Shown one piece after another: positions 38,490-47,873 of a stretch of DNA of 64,000 nt. This stretch comes from Bacteroidia bacterium (GTDB lineage: Bacteria > Bacteroidota > Bacteroidia > UBA4408). A model generated the notes under the pieces. The model had not been told where the DNA came from. It worked only from the letters and a program-made list of their open reading frames with translations, and ran no database searches. Each line of letters opens with the position of its first letter. Position 1 is the first letter of the stretch. The translations under genes were made by a program, and so were the position numbers. Location: NCBI GenBank assembly GCA_044374175.1, contig JBILPB010000002.1:109-64108 (forward strand), read 5' to 3'.

Positions 38490-38796
38490 TATTAAATCGT
38501 AAATCACTCAATCGTAAATCGCTAAATCGCAAATCGCTAAATCGCAAATCGCTAAATCGCAAATCACTCAATCGTAAATCGTAAATCGCTAAATCGAGAA
38601 TCACTCAATCGTAATGCCGAAGTTTAGGCAGCTAAATCGTAAATCGCAAATCACTCAATCGTAAATCGCTAAATCGCAAATCACTCAATCGTAAATCGTA
38701 AATCGCAAATCACTCAATCGTAATGCCGAAGTTTAGGCAGCTAAATCGTAAATCGCAAATCACTCAATCGTAAATCGTAAATCGAAAATACACTTC
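38490..38796. repeat. Octamer minisatellite (AAATCGNN units, more than 30 copies) with two embedded copies of the motif AATGCCGAAGTTTAGGCAGC.
   Basis: It was read directly. It occupies the convergent intergenic region between phoD-like and alkA-like. The motif copies are at 38613..38632 and 38722..38741. The array ends with ACTTCGGC, the reverse complement of GCCGAAGT. The tracked ORFs 38350..38604(-) and 38357..38584(+) are repeat artefacts (LSDLRF / KSLNRK translations). Confidence 0.85.
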
Positions 38797-38799
38797 GGC

Positions 38800-39408
38800 T
38801 TATTTCCCTGTATCTTTCCATCGCCACAAATATTTACAAGCTACAGATCTGAAAGGCGACCATTTTGCAGCTTGTTCTTGCATACTTGCTTTTAACTCAC
38901 GCCTTGTGGCATCAATATTATAGAGGTTTTTGATAGCGTTTTGAATTCCTAAATCGTCTAAAGGTAAAATGTCTAAACGGTTTAAATTAAACATTAAAAT
39001 CATTTCTACGGTCCAGCGGCCCACACCCTTAATTTGGGTAAGATACGCTATGAGGGCTTCATCATCAAGTTCTTTTAAAGTGTGATAGTTGAGTGAATGA
39101 TCCAACCCAAATTGAGCAATGTTTTTTAAATAACCAGCCTTTTGGTTTGAAATGCCAGCACTTCTCAATACTTCGTTATCAGTAGAAAGTAAAAGTTTAT
39201 GTTGAGGGAACTTGTTTTTAAAAAGTGCTAAAAAGCGGGTGTGTATTGTTCTAGCAGCTGCCACACTCAGTTGTTGATTAATGATAGCTTCAATTAATGA
39301 TGCGTATAAATTTTCATTTATTCTTGAAACTGGAAAGTCAATGGTCTTGATTAATGGAGCTAACTTTTTATCTTTACTTAAGTGCTTTTTTATAGCAGTT
39401 TCATCCAT
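38800..39408 (-). CDS. DNA-3-methyladenine glycosylase II-like (HhH-GPD superfamily, AlkA-type).
   Basis: The protein is 202 aa. The helix-hairpin-helix and Gly/Pro-Asp loop reads LTQIKGVGRWTVEMILMFNLNRLDILPLDDLGIQNA. Confidence 0.75.
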   Translation of the reverse strand: MDETAIKKHLSKDKKLAPLIKTIDFPVSRINENLYASLIEAIINQQLSVAAARTIHTRFLALFKNKFPQHKLLLSTDNEVLRSAGISNQKAGYLKNIAQFGLDHSLNYHTLKELDDEALIAYLTQIKGVGRWTVEMILMFNLNRLDILPLDDLGIQNAIKNLYNIDATRRELKASMQEQAAKWSPFRSVACKYLWRWKDTGK

Positions 39409-39421
39409 CGTTTCCTTTGTT

Positions 39422-40330
39422 TTAATCTTCTTTACTCATCTTAAAAATTGTTTCCTGCTCTTCTTTGGTAAGACTATCGTAACCCGACTTTGAAATTTTA
39501 TCTAAAATAGCATCAATAATTTCTTGCTTGTTTTTTGCCACTTTTGCTGCTTTGGCTTTTTGTGCCTCTGCCTGTTTGTAGGCCACTTTCATGTTAGAAG
39601 TTTTAGGTTGAGATGACTTTGAAAATAAGTGGCCAAATTTATTTATCATTTTATTGAATGAACTTGTAAAATCATAACCCCTTCTTAAACCAGAGGCATA
39701 GGCAATACCGAAAAGCGCGCCACCAATATGTGCAATGTGCCCTCCCGGATTGCTTTTATCAATACTCAGCAAATCAAGGATAAACAAAAACAAAGCAATA
39801 TATTTTAAACGCACAGGGCCAATCAAAATTAAACTCACTTCATAGTTGGGTAAATAACTTGCAATGGCAAAAAAGATAGCCAACACTGCTGCCGAAGAGC
39901 CAATGAGATTGGCATTCATTCCTGCATCGGCAAACATAGGAATAGTATTGTATAACAACATGTATAACAATGCACCTGCAATTCCACCAGCAAAATAAAT
40001 CGCCACAATTCTTTGGTTACCTAAAAAATCAGTAAAAATTCTTCCTCCAAAATACAGCATAATCATGTTGCCCAACAGATGAAATAAATCTCGGTGCAAA
40101 AACATGTAACTTAACAATGACCATGGTTTGCGTAACCACCAAACAAGCGAAGACGGAAATGTAAAATATTCGTGAAATTGCAATAAACCGCCTAGTTTAA
40201 AGAGGTTATCAAACAAACTTAATAAACCAAGAACGATAAAAATACCAACATTAATAATTATAAAACGCAACACATTATTGCCCGTTTTTAAATTAAATTT
40301 TATATCATCAAGTATTGAATTGCTCATCAA
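39422..40330 (-). CDS. Rhomboid-family intramembrane serine protease with a C-terminal soluble extension.
   Basis: The protein is 302 aa with 6 TM segments. It has an HRD-like motif FLHRDLFHLLGNM, the catalytic GSSAAV (GxSx) and the His AHIGGALFG. Confidence 0.7.
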   Translation of the reverse strand: MMSNSILDDIKFNLKTGNNVLRFIIINVGIFIVLGLLSLFDNLFKLGGLLQFHEYFTFPSSLVWWLRKPWSLLSYMFLHRDLFHLLGNMIMLYFGGRIFTDFLGNQRIVAIYFAGGIAGALLYMLLYNTIPMFADAGMNANLIGSSAAVLAIFFAIASYLPNYEVSLILIGPVRLKYIALFLFILDLLSIDKSNPGGHIAHIGGALFGIAYASGLRRGYDFTSSFNKMINKFGHLFSKSSQPKTSNMKVAYKQAEAQKAKAAKVAKNKQEIIDAILDKISKSGYDSLTKEEQETIFKMSKED

Positions 40331-40418
40331 TTATTTTTATACAGTAAACACAAATTGTATTTTATTTGTTGCACAAAATTACGTTTTAAAATCCTGCCTT
40401 CGGGTACTTTTTGATTTT

Positions 40419-41642
40419 TTATGTTTTAAGTTGTGCAGCAATAAAACTGGTTGTCCATGCCGCTTGAAAATTAAAGCCACCTGTTAGGCCATCAATGTTT
40501 AATACTTCACCTGCAAAATATAATCCAGGTACTTTTTTACATTCCATTGTTTTAAAATTAAGTTCTTTTAAATCAATGCCACCGCAGGTTACAAACTCTT
40601 CCTTAAATGTTGTTTTGCCTTTAATGTGGAACGTTTGCCCACAAACCAATTGACAAAATTGTTCAATAAGTTTATTGTTAGTTTCTGCTAATTTTTTTGA
40701 TTCATTGAGTTGACATTCATTTAACAAATATTCATGTAATCTCCGGGGAATGCCTAGTTCAGTGTATAAACTTGACCATAATTTTGCACTTGTATTTTTA
40801 AGATCAATTAAATATTGTTTTAAAGTGGAAACTGTAAAATTTATATTCCAATTGACTTCTATTTCAAATTCATAATTCAATGAAGCCAAATGTATGGCCG
40901 AAAATGCCGAAAGCTTAAGCACAGCTGGGCCACTAAAACCCCAATGGGTAATAAGTAAAGGACCTTGGTTTTGAAAATTACTGTTTTTTATTTTTACACA
41001 AGCGCTAGGAACACTCAAGCCCATGAGTTTAGTAATGTTTTTATCTGCTAAATTAAAAGTAAATAAGGAAGGCAATGGTTTAATAATGTTGAGGTTAAAA
41101 TCACTTAAAAAATGATAGCCATTGATTTGATTAAAGCCTCCTGAAGTAACAATTATTTTGTGAGCTAAAATATCATTTCCAACTTTTAAATGCAATGTAA
41201 ATACATCCTCTTTTTTTGAGATTTTAATTACCTCATGATAAGGAAAAACCTTTCCACCAAGCTGTTTTAATGCATTTTCAAAACAATCAATAATAGTTTG
41301 AGAACTGTTACTACTTGGAAACATTCTATTGTCATTTTCAGCCACTAATTCCACACCATGTTTTTTAAACCAGGCAATCGTGTCGTTTACCGAAAATTGA
41401 TAAAATGCCTGACGCAATTCTTTTTCACCTCTTGGATAATTTTCTGAAAGCTGAGCCACATCAAAACAATGATGGGTAACATTACATCTGCCACCGCCAC
41501 TTACTTTAACCTTTTGTAATGTTTTTCCGGTTTTTTCTAAAATAATAACATTGGCATCTGGATAGTTATAAGCTGCATTAATAGCCGCAAAGTAGCCGGC
41601 AGCGCCTCCTCCAATAACAACAATAGTTTTACCTTCCAACAT
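40419..41642 (-). CDS. NAD(P)/FAD-dependent oxidoreductase of the HI0933/YhiN/BaiN family.
   Basis: The protein is 407 aa. The dinucleotide fold reads IVVIGGGAAGYFAAINAA. Also present are KVKVSGGGRCNVTH and the C-terminal GEVLNIDGLTGGFNFQAAW, both characteristic of this family. Confidence 0.85.
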   Translation of the reverse strand: MLEGKTIVVIGGGAAGYFAAINAAYNYPDANVIILEKTGKTLQKVKVSGGGRCNVTHHCFDVAQLSENYPRGEKELRQAFYQFSVNDTIAWFKKHGVELVAENDNRMFPSSNSSQTIIDCFENALKQLGGKVFPYHEVIKISKKEDVFTLHLKVGNDILAHKIIVTSGGFNQINGYHFLSDFNLNIIKPLPSLFTFNLADKNITKLMGLSVPSACVKIKNSNFQNQGPLLITHWGFSGPAVLKLSAFSAIHLASLNYEFEIEVNWNINFTVSTLKQYLIDLKNTSAKLWSSLYTELGIPRRLHEYLLNECQLNESKKLAETNNKLIEQFCQLVCGQTFHIKGKTTFKEEFVTCGGIDLKELNFKTMECKKVPGLYFAGEVLNIDGLTGGFNFQAAWTTSFIAAQLKT

Positions 41643-41758
41643 GAGGTCAAAGGTGATTAATTATTTAAGTAAAACAAAGCGATTTATGCTACAAAATAAT
41701 AAGCAAAAAAAAGCCCTTACAAAAAAGTAAGGGCTTGAAATTAGTGGTATCAGTAGAA

Positions 41759-41950
41759 CTAAGCTTTCTTAACGTTTACAGCGTTTAAACCACGTTTGCC
41801 TTCCGTAATGTCAAATGTAACACTATCATCTTGTTTAATTTGATCAACTAAACCTGTTACATGAACAAATACTTCTTCGTTTGTAGCATCGTCTTTAATA
41901 AATCCAAAACCTTTGGTAGCATTAAAGAATTTTACTTTTCCTGTTTTCAT
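41759..41950 (-). CDS. Cold-shock protein (CspA family).
   Basis: The sequence reads MKTGKVKFFNATKGFGFIKDDATNEEVFVHVTGL with RNP1/RNP2-like motifs. The tracked ORF starts 33 nt further upstream, at 41983. I prefer the ATG at 41950. Confidence 0.85.
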   Translation of the reverse strand: MKTGKVKFFNATKGFGFIKDDATNEEVFVHVTGLVDQIKQDDSVTFDITEGKRGLNAVNVKKA

Positions 41951-42117
41951 AATAAATAAAAAATTAAAATAATAATGCAGCAAAAATAATATTAATATTG
42001 AATTTACAATATTTTATTTGTAAAAAAATGCAATTCATCGCCTAAATTAGAATTTTTGTGGACTTTAAAATTTATTAATACATTTGCACCGCTCTGGTTT
42101 TTTAGATAAGTTATTAT

Positions 42118-42330
42118 CAAAAAATTAAAAGGGAATACTGTGTAAATCAGTAACAGTTCCCGCTGCTGTAAGCTTTAAATTGTGTAAAAACAATTTTTTT
42201 CGGAATTCAAAGGTCACTTTTTAGTATACAACTATCAGGGAAGACTCCGAATAAAGTAAGTCAGAAGACCTGCCATAGCACTATAAGATCACCAGCTTCG
42301 GGAAGAAGGCAGGATATCATTTTTGTGAAA
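42118..42330 (+). promoter_or_regulatory. Cobalamin (B12) riboswitch-like leader RNA.
   Basis: Conserved cobalamin-riboswitch segments appear in order. They are AAAGGGAATACTGTGTAAATCAGTAACAGTTCCCGCTGCTGTAAG (the GGGAA…GGTGnAAnTCC…CAGnnCCCGC…CTGTAA core with a B12-box variant), then …ATCAGGGAAGACTCCG…, then AGTCAGAAGACCTGCC (the kissing-loop region). A downstream CCTGCC…GGCAGG pairing is followed by a T-run, which would be the expression platform. Confidence 0.6.
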
Positions 42331-42435
42331 AGTAAAATTTTACTGTATACAGATTTGTAATCCTATCTATTTTGTTGCTCTTGATTGGCGCGATTTATCA
42401 ATAGTTCAACTAATTATTTAAAAACAAAAAGTAAC

Positions 42436-43449
42436 ATGAAAAAAAAATTACACCTATTAATCGTTTTAATGCTGTTTTGCAATTTGATTACCAAAGCTCA
42501 AATCGTATCAGATTTCGAAAATTTATTGTTACCCATGCCTCCCTTAGGAGCTTTTTGGGATGGAAGTGATCAATCGGGTGGATTTGTAAGTGGTGGAATG
42601 TATTTTCCTAATAGTTATGATACATCGTTTGGTGGCTTTTGGGCAGATGGATTTGCCTATTCTTCGGTAATAGATTCAGTAACATCGGGATTTGCCAATT
42701 TATATGGTGCAAAGCCTGCGGCAGGTTATAATGGTTCCTCTAATTATGCTGTGGCGCAGCAAAATACGGTGGCACGTTTAAATAATGTAGTGCCAACAAT
42801 GGTTATAGGAGGCTTTTATGTTACCAATGGTACATATGCTTATAACAGTATGAGATCTGGTGATACTTTTGCCAGAAAGTTTGGAGATACTACCGGCACT
42901 GGCAGTGGATTGCCTCAGGGGAGCTATCCCGATTTTTTTAAGTTAACTGTAAAGTCTTATGTAAGTGGGCAACTTAGCAATGATAGCGTAGAATTTTACT
43001 TGGCCGATTTTCGTTTTAATAATGATAGTTTAGATTATATTGTTAGCACTTGGGAATGGGTAGATTGCAGCATTCTTGCAGTTTTTGACAGTTTGAAATT
43101 TACCTTGAGTTCATCTGATAATGGTTCATTTGGCATGAATACGCCTGCATTTTTTTGTATTGATAACTTAACTATTGATGTTACCGTTGGAAATAGTAAA
43201 ACTGAAATGAATCATAAGGAAGTGCAGGTTTTTCCTAATCCTGCAAACGAAGTTTTATATTTTAAAAATGTAGATATAAATCATAAAACCTTGATTTCAA
43301 TATTTAATATAAATGGACAATTGATTTTAGAAAACAGCCTTTATCATAATCATCAGGCACTTGATATAAGTGAGTTACCTAAAGGATTTTATTCAATAAA
43401 AGTTCAAACAGAAAATGCTACAAGCATTCAAAAATTTGTGAAACAATAA
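42436..43449 (+). CDS. Secreted protein with a T9SS type-A C-terminal sorting domain, first gene downstream of the B12 riboswitch.
   Basis: The signal is MKKKLHLLIVLMLFCNLITKAQ. The tracked ORF starts at 42385. The Gly/aromatic-rich core reads GGFVSGGMYFPNSYDTSFGGFWADGFAYSS. The C-terminal roughly 80 aa read VQVFPNPANEVLYF…GFYSIKVQTENA…KFVKQ, matching the type-A CTD pattern. Confidence 0.6.
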   Translation: MKKKLHLLIVLMLFCNLITKAQIVSDFENLLLPMPPLGAFWDGSDQSGGFVSGGMYFPNSYDTSFGGFWADGFAYSSVIDSVTSGFANLYGAKPAAGYNGSSNYAVAQQNTVARLNNVVPTMVIGGFYVTNGTYAYNSMRSGDTFARKFGDTTGTGSGLPQGSYPDFFKLTVKSYVSGQLSNDSVEFYLADFRFNNDSLDYIVSTWEWVDCSILAVFDSLKFTLSSSDNGSFGMNTPAFFCIDNLTIDVTVGNSKTEMNHKEVQVFPNPANEVLYFKNVDINHKTLISIFNINGQLILENSLYHNHQALDISELPKGFYSIKVQTENATSIQKFVKQ

Positions 43450-43567
43450 GCTATTCATCTCATTTTTAAAACCTGTTTTCATAAAAAGAAGCAGGTTTTT
43501 TTAAATTCAAGTTTAATATATATTGAAAATTGATTTTTATCATTACCTTAGCTTAAAATTTACTCCT

Positions 43568-45379
43568 ATGAAGAAAAATATACTTTTTACTTTGCTTGCA
43601 TTTATGGTTTATTCATCACTATTCGCAGCCAGCGGTGGCCCCGATTTATATGGTTACATTTGGAAAGATAGCAATGAACCTGGTGGCCCTGTTTATAATT
43701 GGATTGACATTGCAAATTATCCAAACGCTCTGCAAGTAAACGGCTTAAGCGATGATAATAATGCTGGTCCGTTTCCAATCGGTTTCAATTTTCAATATTA
43801 TTGGTATGGCGTTTCACAATACTGGGTGGGATCAAATGGCTATATTACATTCAATAATGGTCAAATTTCTTCTCCATTTCCAACTATACCAGGTGCAGCA
43901 CAACCCAATAATTTTATTGCTCCTTTTGCTTCCGACCTCAATTTTGATGGCGCAACAAATCCTGGCAATTGCTTTTATTGGCAAAATGCTACCAACGATA
44001 CTTTAATCATCAGTTACGAAAATGTTCCGTTTTGGAGTCCTACTGTAGCCAATGGTTATATACAGGGTGAAAATAGCTTTCAAATAATTTTAAGTAATGT
44101 AGATAGTTCTATCACGTTTCAATATAAATTGCAAAGTGGTGTTTCGGCAGGAACTACAAATATTTTAAGTATTGGTATTGAAAATAATTCTGGTAACATT
44201 GGTTTGCAACATTCATACGGAGCATACCCACTAGCGAATTATGCAGTCAAGTTTTATTATCCAACCAATTCTACTTATCAGGTTACCGATGCAGCAGTAA
44301 TGTGGAACGATAATGAAGAAACCGGGGCGCAATTTTTATTGAACAATGGACCTGCTTTTCCAATGACAACTTTAGTAAAAAATACAGGAAACCAAAATTT
44401 AAGCACCTTCAATGTATTATCCCAGGTTTTAAACTCAGCGAATGCTGTAATGGCAACTGCAACAACAGCAGCAATAGTTGCAAACCCAGGCGATGAACAG
44501 TTAATCATCCAATCTAATACTTTTACACCAACAGCCAACGGCACCTATCGTTTTACTGCAGATACGCAATTAGGCAATGATGCAACACCAAGTAATAATA
44601 CTAAGACAATGGAATTGGTTGTTGTTGATACTTCCACAGTACTTGTAAATTTACAATATTGTGATAATACAAGTGAAGGAGCTGGTTTAAGTTGGCAAGG
44701 TGGTAATGGTGGAGTAGGTGTTTATTTTGAACCTCCTTTTACACCATTTGTAATTCAACGTCTCGAATATTTTATTGTAACCAACCCAACATCAGTTGGT
44801 TTTACAGCCAAAGTAAATGCCAATGATGGAATTAACAATACTCCAGGAACTGAGCTTGTAAATATTCCTGTGCCTCCCACAGCGGTTACTACTAATGGCT
44901 GGAATCAAGTATTATTAAGTAGTCCATTAACAGTAAACGACACAGGCGTTTATGTTTCATGGATTATGGATGGTGAAGGTATCACTATTGGTCAAGATCA
45001 AACATTGCCTTACAGCAATCAAACATTTGAAGTTTTAGGGGCAGGCTGGGCCATAAACCGTTACCGCGAACTTGAAGACATTATGGTAAGAATGGTTGTA
45101 AGCACCACTACAGGTGCACTTACCAATCTTAATGCCAATGCAAAGGAGTCAAAAAATGTAATTTATCCAGTGCCTTTTAACGAGCAGTTAAATTTAAATT
45201 TAGCTGAAAATGTAAATAGTTTAAGCGTTTACAATGCAACTGGACAGCAAGTGCTGACAATGACTTGCAATGGCAAAAGGAATGTGATTTTAGATAGTGC
45301 AAACTGGCCAGTGGGTATTTATGTGATTCAAATGGTTGAAGCAGATGGAATAACTACTAAAAAAGTAGTGAAAGAATAG
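43568..45379 (+). CDS. Secreted protein of about 603 aa with a T9SS type-A C-terminal sorting domain.
   Basis: The signal is MKKNILFTLLAFMVYSSLFAA. The tracked ORF starts at 43523. The C-terminus reads VIYPVPFNEQLNLNL…GIYVIQMVEADGITTKKVVKE. I recognised no catalytic motifs. Confidence 0.55.
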   Translation: MKKNILFTLLAFMVYSSLFAASGGPDLYGYIWKDSNEPGGPVYNWIDIANYPNALQVNGLSDDNNAGPFPIGFNFQYYWYGVSQYWVGSNGYITFNNGQISSPFPTIPGAAQPNNFIAPFASDLNFDGATNPGNCFYWQNATNDTLIISYENVPFWSPTVANGYIQGENSFQIILSNVDSSITFQYKLQSGVSAGTTNILSIGIENNSGNIGLQHSYGAYPLANYAVKFYYPTNSTYQVTDAAVMWNDNEETGAQFLLNNGPAFPMTTLVKNTGNQNLSTFNVLSQVLNSANAVMATATTAAIVANPGDEQLIIQSNTFTPTANGTYRFTADTQLGNDATPSNNTKTMELVVVDTSTVLVNLQYCDNTSEGAGLSWQGGNGGVGVYFEPPFTPFVIQRLEYFIVTNPTSVGFTAKVNANDGINNTPGTELVNIPVPPTAVTTNGWNQVLLSSPLTVNDTGVYVSWIMDGEGITIGQDQTLPYSNQTFEVLGAGWAINRYRELEDIMVRMVVSTTTGALTNLNANAKESKNVIYPVPFNEQLNLNLAENVNSLSVYNATGQQVLTMTCNGKRNVILDSANWPVGIYVIQMVEADGITTKKVVKE

Positions 45380-45402
45380 GTGTAATTTGAGCAGGGTTTA
45401 CA

Positions 45403-45756
45403 ATGATCAACGTTGAAGAATTAAGAGCTTATTGTATGCAAAAAAAAGGGGTCACGGAGAGTTTCCCTTTTGATAATGAAACCCTTGTTTTTAAAGTGTT
45501 GGATAAAATATTTTTATTGATGTCCTTGGAAACACACCCTTTAAGAGTCAATGTCAAGTGCGATCCCGAAAAGGCCGTGCAGCTCAGAGAAACTTATCCT
45601 GAAAATGTTTTGCCTGGTTACCACATGAATAAATTACACTGGAATACAGTAATAGTAAATCAAGAACTGAGAAGCAGTTTAATTAAAAGCTTTATTGATG
45701 ATTCTTATACGCTTGTTTTAAAAAGTTTACCTAAAGCAAAACAATTAAGCCTTTAA
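45403..45756 (+). CDS. MmcQ/YjbR-family predicted DNA-binding protein.
   Basis: The protein is 117 aa. It has the typical family pattern …KGVTESFPFDNETLVFKV.DKIF…PGYHMNKLHWNTV…. Confidence 0.6.
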   Translation: MINVEELRAYCMQKKGVTESFPFDNETLVFKVLDKIFLLMSLETHPLRVNVKCDPEKAVQLRETYPENVLPGYHMNKLHWNTVIVNQELRSSLIKSFIDDSYTLVLKSLPKAKQLSL

Positions 45757-45948
45757 GCTATCTATGGCTTTTTGGTATTCTTCTTCAGTTTGTCTCAATC
45801 TTTCCTTACAAAAGGCGATGAGTTCATTGGCTCTTATAATCTTGGCCGATAGTTCGTCAAGCTGCACGTTTTCTTGTTCAATGTCCTTCACAATTCCATT
45901 CAATTCCTTAAATGCTATCTCATAAGTTAATTTCAATTTTTTTTCCAT
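45745..45948 (-). CDS. xseB: Exodeoxyribonuclease VII small subunit-like protein.
   Basis: The protein is 67 aa. Its helical-hairpin pattern resembles XseB (…YEIAFKELNGIVKDIEQENVQLDELSAKIIRANELIAFCKERL…). No xseA is adjacent. Confidence 0.55.
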   Translation of the reverse strand: MEKKLKLTYEIAFKELNGIVKDIEQENVQLDELSAKIIRANELIAFCKERLRQTEEEYQKAIDSLKA

Positions 45949-45952
45949 ACGT

Positions 45953-47734
45953 TTAATCTATACTATAATCCATTAATTTATTTCTATAATTCGAAAATAT
46001 ACTCGATTTTGAAATGAAGCCAACATATTCTCCTCCATCAATCACAGGTAAATTCCAGGCGCCTGTTTCATCAAATTTTTTCATTACACTTTCCATAGGT
46101 TCATATGGTGCAACAATTTCGGGAGGCATACTCATGAGCTCCTTTACAAGCACCTTTTCATAAAGCTCATTTTTGAAAATAATTTCTCTCACATTATCTA
46201 AAATAATAATGCCAAGCAATTTATGCTGTTCGTTTACTACTGGAAAAATATTTCTTTTTGAGCTTGAAATAATTTTTACAAATTCACCTAGCGTTTGCAT
46301 GGGGAAAAGTTTTATAAAGTCTGTTTCCACAAGCCGCGAAGTTGAAATGGTTGTTAAAATATTTTTATCTTTATCAGTGGTAAACATCAAACCTGAACTC
46401 GCCAATTTTTTAGCATCCATACTAAATTTTTCAAAATTCTTGCTTATCGCATAACTAATGGAGGAAACAATCATTAGTGGAATTAAAAGATTATATCCGC
46501 CAGTAATTTCAGCAATTAAGAAAAGTGCCGTAAGCGGTGCATGATACAAACCACTTAAAATGCCAGCCATTCCAACCAAGGTAAAGTTACTTTCGGGTAA
46601 GGTAGTAACGTGCGTTAAATTAATAAACCTCGAAAAAACAAATCCAGTGTAGGCACCAACAAAAAGCGATGGAGCAAAATTTCCACCATTTCCTCCACTC
46701 CCTAAAGTGATGGCAGTGGCAAACACTTTGATGAGCATGGTGAGTGTAATAAATAGTAAAATAATCCAGGGGTTATTAGTAAAATCACTTAGAATACTGT
46801 GCTCAAAAAGTTGATTTGAATTGGAGGAAGCTAATATTTTTATGCTTGCATAACCTTCTCCAAATAAACTTGGAAAGAATAATATTAAGAGGGCTAACAT
46901 GCCGCCTGCAAGAAACACCTTTTTGTAGTCGCCAATTTTTAAAGCCGATAGCCAATTTTCTGATTTTAAAAACATTCTTTGGTGATATACCGCAAGCAAA
47001 CCTGTAAGCACGCCTAAGAGCACATAAAATGGCACATTTAAATAGTTAAAAGCACTACTTTGTGGAAATGTAAATAAGATATCTTCTTGTAGAAATATTT
47101 TTGAGATAAGCGCTCCAGTTGCAGCAGCAATGATAAGTGGCGTAAAGGCAGATATTCCTATGTCTAACAAAAGCACTTCAAGCGCAAATAATACACCAGC
47201 AATTGGAGCGTTGAATGCAGCACCAATACCTGCTGCCACACCGCACGCTAATAATAATGTTCTGTCTTTATAATCTAATTTATAAGTTTTAGCATAATTA
47301 GAACCAAAGGCGGCACCCGTAATTACGATAGGTGCTTCTAGTCCTGCAGAGCCACCCAGGCCAACTGTAAGCGAACTGGTGAGTACTTGTGCATACATTT
47401 GTTCTCTAGGAACTATACTCGATTTTTTGGCTATAGCATAGTGTATTGGTGGCAGGCCTTTTTCTAGTTTTCCCTTAAGTATTTTTTTTACAGCCCACAC
47501 GGTTAAAAATATACCCATGGCAGGCAAAACTAAATACAGATATCTTAGACTTACAATGGGCTTGTATGTAGCAAGTGTAAAAATTAAATAGACAAAACTT
47601 TTTAAGGTAATTGCTGCAATACCAGCCGAAAGCCCAACAAGAATAGCAGAAAGCAGAATAAACTGCTTCTTGCTCATCTTTTCTTGCGCAAGTAAAATTA
47701 ATTTATTGAATTTTTGAATCCATTCCCAATTCAT
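45953..47734 (-). CDS. ClC-family voltage-gated chloride channel / H+-Cl- antiporter with C-terminal CBS domains.
   Basis: The protein is 593 aa with at least 10 TM segments. The ClC selectivity motifs are GSAGLEAPIV (GxEGP-type), GGNGGNFAPSLF (GxFxP-type) and GLYHAPLTA. The C-terminal roughly 130 aa are soluble and CBS-like. Confidence 0.8.
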   Translation of the reverse strand: MNWEWIQKFNKLILLAQEKMSKKQFILLSAILVGLSAGIAAITLKSFVYLIFTLATYKPIVSLRYLYLVLPAMGIFLTVWAVKKILKGKLEKGLPPIHYAIAKKSSIVPREQMYAQVLTSSLTVGLGGSAGLEAPIVITGAAFGSNYAKTYKLDYKDRTLLLACGVAAGIGAAFNAPIAGVLFALEVLLLDIGISAFTPLIIAAATGALISKIFLQEDILFTFPQSSAFNYLNVPFYVLLGVLTGLLAVYHQRMFLKSENWLSALKIGDYKKVFLAGGMLALLILFFPSLFGEGYASIKILASSNSNQLFEHSILSDFTNNPWIILLFITLTMLIKVFATAITLGSGGNGGNFAPSLFVGAYTGFVFSRFINLTHVTTLPESNFTLVGMAGILSGLYHAPLTALFLIAEITGGYNLLIPLMIVSSISYAISKNFEKFSMDAKKLASSGLMFTTDKDKNILTTISTSRLVETDFIKLFPMQTLGEFVKIISSSKRNIFPVVNEQHKLLGIIILDNVREIIFKNELYEKVLVKELMSMPPEIVAPYEPMESVMKKFDETGAWNLPVIDGGEYVGFISKSSIFSNYRNKLMDYSID

Positions 47735-47812
47735 AAAACAAAAATAGCATCAATCGTTTATAGTAGGATAATAATTTTAAATCCTGTACTTTATGATGTA
47801 AAAAAGCATTCA

Positions 47813-47854
47813 TAAAAAAAGTCCCTCTTTAATAAAAAAGAAGGACTTTTTTTG
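47813..47854 (-). terminator. Rho-independent terminator downstream of typA. It is hairpin-symmetric and so potentially bidirectional.
   Basis: The hairpin is AAAAAAAGTCCCTCTT-taataaaa-AAGAAGGACTTTTTTT, a 10-bp stem with one mismatch, flanked by A and T runs. Confidence 0.45.
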
Positions 47855-47873
47855 TTAGTTCAAATAATAAAAT

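Noticed and set aside
38350-38604. Overlapping tracked ORFs on both strands (LSDLRF… and KSLNRK… repeats), and a possible CRISPR array.
   Set aside because: Both ORFs are translations of the 8-bp AAATCGNN microsatellite. There is no spacer structure and there are no cas genes.
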